A DNA stretch of 64,000 nt, from contig NC_068988.1 in NCBI RefSeq assembly GCF_001194135.2, positions 95,674,421 through 95,738,420 of the forward strand, given 5' to 3'. This document shows positions 1 through 10,900 of this stretch, piece after piece. A program made the translations under genes and the position numbers. Numbering within the stretch: the first letter of the stretch is position 1; every line of letters starts with the position of its first letter. The DNA comes from Octopus bimaculoides. Taxonomy: Eukaryota. The notes beneath the pieces were generated by a model. The model was given only the letters and a program-made list of their open reading frames with translations. It did no database searches and was not told the origin of the DNA.

Positions 1-1058
1 TGAGAACATTTCTTGCTATAATAATAATAATAATGGTCGATATTATCGTCCTCATAATCTCGGATTGTATTAATTTAAATGCAGTACAGTTTTAATCTCT
101 CACACCACCCTCCTAACGATCGTCTTGTATTCAATTTGTGATTAAAGAGATCATTTAGCCCTAGTCATTAAATTTATGCAAGTTTTGTATTACTATTTCG
201 TGGAATGTCTGCTTTTACACATGTACCACGGCTAATAACGGGTGGTCAGTTCTCGAAAGTTTCAAATTTTTATCGACGAACTCTTTTTAAATTATCTGTA
301 TTTACGAACTAAGATTTAAACATTCCGGATTTTATTGTCAGTTTTAAATGACGAAATGCAAAAAAAAATTCAATAAATGTATTGTTTTAAATTACCGTTA
401 ATTACGGTCATTATAATACATAACGGGCACTGACAACGTACTGAGGGAGGGGGGGTGTTATATATTTCGCCTTTCATTCCCGGATAGAATCTACCTCACC
501 TCAAATAGTTGACGAAGGCGTGAACATCTCCACTTCATATCTAGTCTTAGAATTCGCGGCTTTTCCCTTTCGTCGGCTGGTGAAATTGCTGATATGAACT
601 CAATCTTAACGGCGACCCCCCACATACTTTTGAGAGAAATCAAATTTCTGTTTGAGGAACTAGATAAAAAATAAGCTTAATTTTATTTTGAAAAGTTTTA
701 ATATTTTGCAGGAGTGTAATTTTTGAAAGCAATTTAAATAGTTCCCGAAACAAAGGCTGTATCTTTTAAAACCTGTCAAATGCCTTATATTTGAAAGTTT
801 AAATCGTTAACCTTTAGCACACTTCGTGTAATTTAAAATATTTATTCTCGTGTTCTTTTGGAATTGTAGTTTTTGGTTATTTCCAAAATGTATAGATTTT
901 TATTTAACTATAAAGAATTTCCCTTCTCCGCCCACTGGATTTCGAATTGGGAGCATGAAGCAGCGGCGATCTAACACGATTAAGCCGGTTCGTCGATCCA
1001 TTTTTACATTAAGTTCAATATTATATCCTAACTATCGCAATTAAATTTTTTTTTTCAG

Positions 1059-4000
1059 GAGATGAGGCGGCGAAGAGCTGAAGTTTCCGTTGAGTTGCGC
1101 AAGCAAAAAAAAGATGACCAGACGATGAAGAGAAGAAATATTGGGGACTTGTCTGATGATGCAGTCAGTCCACTGAAAGAGAGAAATCAAGTAAGCTTTT
1201 CTTTGATGGCGATAAATCACCAATAGTCGTGTCTCTTATTTTTTAATCACCAGTCGCATAACCCTATGGAAGATCATGGAACACGCACGTTGTAACCAGT
1301 GCTTGGTGCCGTTAATTACGGATCGAATGGACTTGTTCACGTTATCTATCGCTCGAGGAAAAGTTTTAAGAACTGACCACATGAATCGTGTCTACTTCAT
1401 AGTTTAACACGCACCTTTTTTTGTCGTTGATGGTTCTGTGATGTCAGACGGTTTTTTAATTGTATTCAGAAAGGTTTTTGTAATGCCTCAGAATAACAAA
1501 TGTTAATGCTTAGTTTTCGGCTATTAAATGGATGAAATCCATGTTGGGTGTTAAATATATAACTTGTATTCATTATTCAAACATTCAGTAAGATTTAGAT
1601 TAATTTTTATCGAATTTTAGCTTATATAAGAATCGTGTAATTCTTTTTGCTGAGACTTTATTTTTTCACTAATCGAAGTTTTGCTGGAAGCAGTTGATTC
1701 TACTATAAACCACTGGTACTTATTTTTCTCAAATACATGAAAGAAAAATGTATAAAGAAAACCAGTTTCCATGCTTATCACAGTTTCTGTAACAACTTAA
1801 AAAGCCATGGACGGAATTCTGGTTTTCAGCACCCCTTTTGACCTTTTATTCTCTTATTGCGACCATACTGGAGCACCGCCTTTAGTCGAAGAAATCGATC
1901 CCACGATTTATTCTTTCTAAACCTAGTACTTAGGCTATCGGTCTTTCTTGCTGAACCGCTAAGTGACGGAGATGTAGACACACCAACATCGGTTGTACTG
2001 GGGACACAAATACATACATACACACACACACACATATCGGGGTTAATGCAGAATGGCACCTCTGCTGAAAAAATGCATTTTTGGGATTTCTACGTTTCAG
2101 ATGTCTGAGATTACGAATATGCAAGTTTTTTTTTTTTCACCCCACCCCGATTTAAAATTATAAACTTTTCGAAAAAATTTTCCTATCATTTAACGTCCGT
2201 TGTCCATGCTGGCATGGATTGAACGGTTTAACCAGGCCTCGAAGGCTGCACCCAGACTCCAGTTGGATTTGGCATGGTTTCTACAGCTGGATGCTCTTCC
2301 GAACGCTAACCACTCCGAGAGTATAATGGGTGCTTTTACGTGCCACCGGCACGGGTGCCATTTGTGTGACACCGGTATCTGCCACTACTGCAATTTTACA
2401 CGGCGTTGCCAAAGGTCTCGGTCACTAGTCCATTGCTTCTGTATGTATTTATGTATATATATATCACCGGCTTTTTTCAGTTTATAATACGGATAGTCAG
2501 ATGTTTTGTTTAAATACCTGCAACGGGCTACCTTTGGGTACCTCATCACTCCATTGTGTTTATAGGCAGAAAAACAGTTTAAAACATGCATGTCAGGGAC
2601 GAAGAAGTGAGGAAGATATCAGGTGATCGTGAGGAGTGCTAAAAATAACTGCTAAATCGCCCTTAAATCTTTTTTCTTATTGTAAAAGTTCAGGTGTGCA
2701 GAACACAAATGGGTAAATACTTTTTAAAAAAATAAAGCTATGGTGGGCATGTAAATGGAATGCTTAAATCAGAATTCTGCCAAGCCAGGATTTTTTTTTT
2801 TTTTCACAAATTTTAGAAAATATGCCTGTCAATATTTAAAACCAGCTTCAAACCCAGTCCTTGGCGAGTAGAATTGGTGAATGGAGACCATCTTCGTTTA
2901 ACATCCATTTTCCGACTACTCCAAGAGTGTAATGGGTGCATGGATTGGTCAAGAAGTGGTTCATCCAAGTAATGTGAATAAGACCAATTTTTATTAACCA
3001 TACTCGTCTGTTTTCTGGTGCTGAAGCTATTACACGTCTAGTATATGCAAAATTGCCTAATACCCCCCAGACTTTGAGGTCTGGACTAGTAGTGATGGTT
3101 GTATAAATTTATACCTTTATGTCAAATGTGATTAATCTTTTTGTTAGTCACAGGTATTTCGTTAATTCACAGCACTCTAGATAGTCCCTTTCTTAATTTG
3201 GAAATGTTTTAGAAGACATCTGGAGATATTTAGCTATCTATTGTACCATTTGTTTTTCAGGGTACCAGCTCTTCCTTGACCATCAATGAGATCATCTATG
3301 GCATTAGCGGTGACTCTGTAGAGGCTCAGCTTGAAGCAACCCAAGCTGCACGACGCTTGCTTTCCAAAGAAAGGAATCCACCCATTGATGCCATCATAAC
3401 AGCTGGTCTTGTACCCAAGTTAGTTGAATTCCTGAAATGTGTTGGAAGGTAAGGAATTTCTTTTCTCAATGACTTTACATTACTCGCTGACCAATTGATG
3501 TTTTATGGAATTTGTCTGGATTATTGATCTGGAATTTAATTATCACTGGTCAAGTCAGAACTTAACTCTTCACGTTTGGTTGCTAGTACCACATCTTGAT
3601 AAACAAGCTATTGTTGATAGGCTGAGTATCTCAATGTCAAGCAGTACAGAAAATTTGGAGATTTGTTCTTTAGTAGTGATCTCTTTCTTCACTTCCTCCA
3701 AAGTTGAATTTCTTGATTGGCTTCAAGACTGGAAGTTTTAAGTTCAATTATGGCTGGAGTAGGGGGGGGGGCGAAATAGCTCAGCAAGAGTTTGTCATGG
3801 TAGGACGTTTTTCCTATTTCAACAGATAATTTCTCAGTTATATTGGCATAAAATGTAATTTGCTTCCTGATGTTCAATATCTTTGTGATGACAAAAGCTT
3901 ATTTTATTTCAGGCCTGAACTCCAATTTGAAGCTGCCTGGGCGCTGACCAACATTGCTTCTGGTAACAGTGACCAAACCAAAGCCGTGGTTGCTGCTGGC

Positions 4001-7000
4001 GCTGTCCCTGATTTTATTTCCCTTTTGACATCTGAAGACCTTCATGTCTGCGAGCAAGCAGTCTGGGCCCTTGGTAACATTGCTGGTAAATGTTTCTTTT
4101 ATTTTCTTTTATTTTGTCCTTTTAATTCTTGCTAGAACTTCTTGGAATATCCTCTTTTTCCTTCCTTCTTCAGGTGACGGTCCAGAACTGCGAGATTTTG
4201 TCACAGAATGTGGTGTTGTAGATCCTCTTCTTAAACTTGCTAAACGTGACCTTCCTGTAAGTATCTTTTTTAACAGGGATTCCATCTGTGAAGTGGGTTG
4301 GAGGATCTATTCTTATTTTAAATCTACATTTTTTACTTGTAGGCTGGTTTTCTGAGAAATGTCACCTGGACAATTTCTAACTTGTGTCGAAACAAGAACC
4401 CCACCCCATCTTTTGCCGTTATCCAGAAATGTCTTCCAATTCTGGCTGCACTTTTACATCATACTGATGCTGAAGTACTTTCTGACACACTCTGGGCATT
4501 CTCTTACATCACTGATGGACCAAATGAGAAGATTCAAGCTGTTATTGAAAGCCGTAAGGAGTTTTTCTGTTGCATTGTTTGATGTTTCTTCGAATTATTC
4601 TTCAAATTAAACTAAGTTTCTGGGATTTAATAATTTTGTCTTTTTGCAGATGTCGTCCCTCGATTGGTTGAACTCCTGCAGCATCCCAAAATATCTGTGA
4701 TAACTCCTGCCTTAAGAACAGTTGGAAATATTGTGACTGGAGATGACTGTCAAACACAAGTAAGTTGTCATTCAGTGTTTATATATATATATATATATGT
4801 ATAAAGTAAATATAAATGTAGATGATATACTAAGAAAATTTTGCAGGGCCAGTTTTGTGTCCCGAAACCATTAGCATTCAGGTTACTCTGCCAAATATTT
4901 ATTCAGTTTGTATTGATTCTGCAATACCTTGTAGCTTTGATATTTCAGTGATGTGATTATTTATATTTTTAGACTGACATTGTAGGGTAGGTGTGAGAGG
5001 CCAGTTTGAATATAAAAACAGAATATTTAGGGCTGGATTTGGCCAGCTTAAATGCCAAAAGGGTTAATTCTAACAGGAATAGCTTTCCAGTTGGATAGAT
5101 TTGTTAAAATAAGCTATTGGTGCATTAGAATGCTAGTCTGAATACAAATCTATTCTTTTTAAGAATTTCAAGTTTGTTTGAAGAAAATCATTGAAATCTG
5201 TTGGGTTCTTTCAATGTTTTTTTTTTATACAGAAAAATGTTAAATTTTCTTTTTTCCCCCAGGTTGTTTTGGAAGCAAATGCCTTGCCTGTATTTCACGG
5301 ATTGTTGAGGCATTCTCGACCTAACATTCAAAAAGAAGCTGCCTGGACCATCTCTAACATCACTGCTGGCAATTCCAGTCAGATCCAGCAAGTTATCGAG
5401 GCTGGCATCATCCCCATTGTTGTTGAGAAGTTGGCAATGGTAAGTTACTTTCTTTTTATATATGGCCGTTCTAGTCTCTTACAGGTTTTTAATTAATTAA
5501 ACGACCAATCAACTTATTCAAGTCTGAGGCTTTTATCAAATTTAGTTACAGGACTTAGGGGAGTGCAACACCAGTATTTTCAACTGACTTAAACGGCCGA
5601 CTTGCAACTATAGAACATGTCCCCAACACTCACATCTGGCCCAGAACCATCTATTTGCAAATTCCTAATCAACTGCATGCCAAAGCAGACCGTGCTAATA
5701 TTGGTGCCACATAAGGAGCACCCAGCCCACTCTGTAAAGCGGTTGGCATTAGGAAGGGAATTCGAGCATGAAGACCATACCAAGGCAGACAGTTCTCAGG
5801 TTTGCCAGCATGGAAGACCCTGCAATGGATTGGTGTTCAGCTGGCATGTTGGGATCTCGGTCCCTTATACAGTGTGGAAACTAACCAATTTTGAATCTTA
5901 GAACTCTGTAATAGTGTCCTGGGGTTGATGGCATTGAAATTATGGTAGGATTTTATGCCTCAATTTCAAAGCATTCTAATCTTTAAACAAGTTCAAATTT
6001 TGGCACAGGGACTGCAATTTTCAGGGAGGGGTTAACCATGGCAAAATTTGAACTCAAAACATAGCAAAATGGTGCCACTGAGCATTTTGCCTGGCATGCT
6101 AACCATTCTGCCAGCTCTCTCCCTTATTTTAATATCTTTAATATTAACCCATTCGATACCAACCTGGCTGAAACTGGTTCTGGCTCTGTAGTATAAATGT
6201 CGTTTTCATAGATTTTGAATTAAAATCTTCCAAACCTTAGTCACAATTTATTTCATTAACTAAGTTATTTCACTGAATTGCTTATATTTAAAATTAATTG
6301 CAAGAGATGCAGAGCATCTCAAAATAAATATGGTAAAGGGCTAAATCAAGTCAAAGATGTCCGTCCCTGTTGTAAAGAATCTTTCATTTGGAGCCAGGGC
6401 ACTTAGTGGGTGGATCAAAGCCAATCTGCTACAGTGATTTTACTCGATTCTCTTGTAGTCTTACAGTTGACCCTGTTTCATTTTATAATGGTTACTTTCC
6501 TTCAGCCATAAAAACATGTAGCTTTCTGTCAATGTTGGCTTCATGTGGGTAAATGGACTTTAAAAAAAATAGGATTGGTCTTGCAGATGACCTAAAGTTT
6601 TTTTTCTTTCTTCCCCCCACTTGGAGAGGGAGGTGTAAACAGCTGAACTTTGTCTGTTGGTATTGAGGTACTAATTTTTTGTTTTCACTTCCATGTATGC
6701 CCTTGTGTCAAATAACAATTTTTCCTCTTTCTATACACAGGGTGACTTCAAGACTCAAAAGGAAGCGGTGTGGGCTGTGACTAACCTGACATCTGGTGGT
6801 ACTATTGAACAAATCAGCTTCCTTGTTCAGTGTGATGTCATTAAACATTTGTGTGAGCTGTTGGTGATACGAGATGCAAAAGTGGTCCTGGTGATTCTCG
6901 ATGCTTTACAAAATATTCTGATGGTAAGTCTTCTTGTAATAAGTAGATCTTTAGTACAATGAATCAATTGCTAGCTGTAAATTCTTCTCAAAATCACCCA

Positions 7001-7591
7001 AGACTTGTGCTAGTGTTCGCTAACGTGGGTTATGCAAGTCCTGGCATCTTAACAGACATGAAGTGGGTGGACAAGTTTCATTTCAACTATTCTCACTCTA
7101 ATCAAATGAAAAATTATTCCAAGTCATACAATTGTGAGGTTTTATTTTTTGGGTGGGATCAGACGTGCAGGACTGTCATTACTTTTGGTTGGATATTAGG
7201 GATTCCGTTACAAATTTTTTTCTCTATTTTTATTCTAGGCTGCTGAAAAGTGTGGACAACTGAATTACATGTGCCTTATGATTGAAGAGATTGGTGGTCT
7301 TGATAAAATTGAGAACCTTCAGAGCCATGAAAATGAAACTGTTTACAAAGCATCTCTACACCTCATTGAGAAATACTTTTCTGCAGAAGTAAGTACTTAG
7401 AATGAAATTAAACAGAATTTGTATTTACTTTGGTTTTTTATTGTGAATTTGATTCCTTGACTACTGGTAATCTTTCTAATGCTAATCTATTTTCCTCTTC
7501 TCAGCAGGAGGACGAGAATCTTGGCCCAGAAGCTACTGATGGTACTTACAAAATGAAAGTGGAGCAACAAAAAGAAAGCTTCTCGTTCTAA
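1059..7591 (+). CDS. KPNA2: Importin subunit alpha, alpha-2/KPNA2 (pendulin) subfamily; 5'-partial
   Basis: GT-AG exons in continuous frame: 1059-1190, 3261-3448, 3913-4085, 4174-4256, 4343-4553, 4650-4759, 5263-5439, 6741-6923, 7239-7388, 7508-7591 (TAA), 1491 nt in total. IBB domain [27 protein letters not shown]; ARM motifs [52 protein letters not shown]; ends ESFSF*. KKDDQ and DDAVSPL resemble vertebrate KPNA2. No first coding exon was found in 1-1058. Confidence 0.93.
4868..5068. mobile_element. Second MITE family ending in AAAGGGTTAA
   Basis: Shares TGACATTGYAGGGTAGGT and GATGTGATTATTT with a split copy at about 57905-57965 and 58495-58600. Confidence 0.5.
6144..6344. mobile_element. 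TTAA-flanked MITE with CCC...GGG ends (piggyBac-like)
   Basis: TTAA-CCC at the left, GGG-CTAA at the right; inverse copy at 35602-35829. Confidence 0.6.
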
Positions 7592-7794
7592 ACGGATTTA
7601 TTTTTGTTTGAATTTGTTTGTTGATTCTTAATTGTGTAATCTGAATGTGAACCTGCTTGGGTTGTATGCATCTGCTGATATCACAAAACACGACATTTGG
7701 TTATATATACACACACGCACGCACGCACACACACATTTCCTATATCTATATACATACACACACGTCCAAAATTATTTTATAAATTGTAAAGTTT

Positions 7795-7800
7795 AATAAA
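7795..7800 (+). terminator. Probable poly(A) signal (AATAAA) of the importin alpha gene
   Basis: AATAAA about 200 nt after the stop, followed by a T/GT-rich tract. Confidence 0.6.
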
Positions 7801-7809
7801 GATATTTTC

Positions 7810-7815
7810 TTTATT
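7810..7815 (-). terminator. Probable poly(A) signal (AATAAA on - strand) of COQ3
   Basis: TTTATT on + at 7810-7815, about 90 nt beyond the COQ3 stop (7905-7907). Confidence 0.5.
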
Positions 7816-7904
7816 TTTGTGTCTATTGGATTATTTATACTGTTGCATATCTGAAGAAATTTTGGTATGCAACTATTTTACTTTTGGCTGCATTTTTTCA
7901 AATC

Positions 7905-10900
7905 TCAAGATATTGGTTTAATGGCATGGATGGCATAATTGATGCTAGTATCTGAAGACCACTTCCATTTTTTGGTAAATGGGTTGTATTTTAATCCATG
8001 AACAAGTCTTGTGGCCAAATTATCTGTTTAAAGAAAAGAAAGATAATGAAGAGTATTAAATAACTTTGCACAGCATTTTTGCATCAAAGTAGTGCTAATT
8101 AATATGGCTTTGCAGAGGTGTCTGGCTATTTCTAACACAGAACCATTTTGAGGTTTGTCTACAGGAGCAAGTACTATGGTTTTCTTCAGCAACTATCAAA
8201 CATTTAATTTTGAGTATAAAACCGGTTTATGGACTTTATAGAATATACGTTCTATCAAAGGAGAAAATCATTCCGATAGTGTTCTCCAAGATATTAAAAA
8301 CATGGGACGATCCCGGTTACATTGCGTTTGATAGGCTTAGTTGTCGTGGCACTCCATTGGCTATGACAAGGGTTCCAGTTGATCCGGTCAACGGAACAGC
8401 CTGCTCGTGAAATTAACATGCAAGTGGCTGTGTACTCCAGACACGTGACAAGGCTGGCCCTTTGAAATACAGGTACAACAAAGTTGTGAAAGAGTACAGC
8501 AGGGTTCGCCACAACTGAATGCTGGAGCCTCGTGGAGCTTTAGGTGTTTTTGTTCAAACACAACACCCGGTCTGGGAATCAAAACCTTGAGTCCAGTGAC
8601 CTGACCACTTTATTTTATAAAGAGCTCGACATACCTTGTTTACAAACTCTTTATAGTTATTTACAACCAGTGAACTTGGTTACTCAGGAATGAATTTTGT
8701 GGGTCATGGAGATGTTGATTCACCAACTTTTCTGCCAGTTATTGGTGAAGAAGGTCGTGAGAACTTTCTCTAACATTAGAAAACGTAACGGGGGAAAAAA
8801 AGGCTACAATAAGAGATACTTGGAGAATTTCTTTTTTTGCAGTACTTACTCCCTTCAATAAGATATTGAAGATCCATTGGAGATATGAATTTATTCCAAT
8901 TGTGAGTTCCTGGAGCCAATAGATGTAGCAGACGTTCGGCAGCCAGCACACCAAGCAAATAGGAAGACACTGTTTTGTTGATTGTAGTCAGAAAGAGTGA
9001 ACCACCAGGCTGAAGAGGTGGGGGAGAGAAAGAATTAGCATGGATTATGGCTGAAATATAAAGTGAGCATTCATCAGAAATGTACAAACTAAGCATTGAA
9101 GTCATTGAACCAACACCATGTGGTTTGGTGTTCAATTCCACTGCACAGCAAATTGGGTAAAAGAGTCTTCTACAACAGGGACACTGAGCTGCCTTTAGGT
9201 AATGTAATGGAGATACATTTTCCTGCAATATCGTTATTTTAAGTCCCTCCCCCCCATGCTGGCATGGGTTAGATGGTTCAACAAGCCAGAGGATTGTGTC
9301 AAACTCTGTCTTGGCAGGGTTTCTGTCTGCTGGATAGCCTTCCTAACACTGACCATATCTGGCCAAAATATTGTTTCGTTCAAACTGGCCAGATCTGGCC
9401 CCTCACATATACTTTACAATGTCATTCTAAAAATAAACAATTGCACCATCAAAATCTTAATCTCCAAGTAATTCACAAACATTCAACAATGTTTTTAGGA
9501 CTTTATTTTTGCTGAGGTAGGCAGATTCTTCTCGAGTAGGATGAATCATCTCAATCCTTTGTCATCTCCTTGGTGAGATTCGGAAAGGTTGGTATTCACA
9601 GCTTTCACCCACATTTTTCTGGGTTTCTCCCTTCCACAAGTTTCATGAATGATTGGCACTTTGTCATTTGCTGGTGAGGCAGGAGGAAGAGGAGCAAAAA
9701 AACGGGATCGACCTACCTTCACTAAATTGCAGCAGGATTCAATGAAAGAGTCCACATCTGCAACATGCTCGACAACTTCAGAAGCCACAACTGCGTCAAA
9801 TGTGTTTCCTTCTGTAGCAACAACATCTTCTACAGTTGAATGGATGTATTTCACTTTACACACAATGTTGGGATCATTCCTCAAGTGATTTTGAGCAATT
9901 CTGATATTTTCTTCAGAGGCATCAATACCAATAACCGTTGCGCCTAATCTTGCCAATGGCTACAAGAAATTTAAAAGTGAAATGTTTACATTTATCTAAG
10001 ACAAGGGAATTGGTAGATGGACACTCAACTTGTTAGAAATAGCAATCAAATTCCCCTCAAATCACATCCAACCACCCTTATATGGATAAAGTTTGGATTT
10101 GAACCTAGAGTAGTGTAGTCCTTGAAACACAATATCTTAAAACAAAAGATTAGATGTTATGACAAGTCTGCTTGATGTATATAAAAAAAATCATCCTACT
10201 CTAATTTTATAATTAAATATTTATTAGGAATTGTATCCAAAAGATAGTTTGACTGTTTTGTGTAGAGGTAGAACCAGTTTATTGGACATAAACTTTTAAA
10301 ATAAAATCTTATGTGGACCCCAAAGGGTCATATGGGCCCTGAATGAGAACCACTGTTGAGTGAATAAGAGCCAACTTGGAGCTGAACAACAATAAATCAA
10401 GAATATCAGTGTAACCGTTTCTAACTCAGTGCCACAAGCTTGGTGGGGTCAGTCAAATTGAGCCTTGTAGTTATAGTAGGGGTTCTTTATATATTAACCC
10501 CTGAATCCATTTTCGGATAACAAAGATTAATAAGTTTGAGCTTATCATATGTTTCATTTGAGTGAAGTGGATGAGTAATAAACATCCTCCTGGTTAGGAT
10601 GCTAGCCTATCACTGATAACTTTTTCTGCAAGAATAATAAAATAATACAGGAATTTGGCAGCGCCACCTCTAGCTGAACAATTATTCTGTGCTGATGAAG
10701 AGAAATAACCCAGAAATTGCGATACACAGATATTGTTTTGAGCTGAGTGGGGGTGCTACATTCCCTTGTTCAAAAATATATGGACACAGATCATGTTGTA
10801 TAGTCAGCTGGAGACGATGTCTCCTGGGGCTAAATTACAGCAAGGACTGCCATGTTATGTTGGCAAACAATCTTTACTACAATTCTTGACATGTTTTGGT

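Noticed and set aside
1-1058. KPNA2 first coding exon
   Set aside because: No FKNKGK-like frame with a donor was found; it is presumably upstream of the window.
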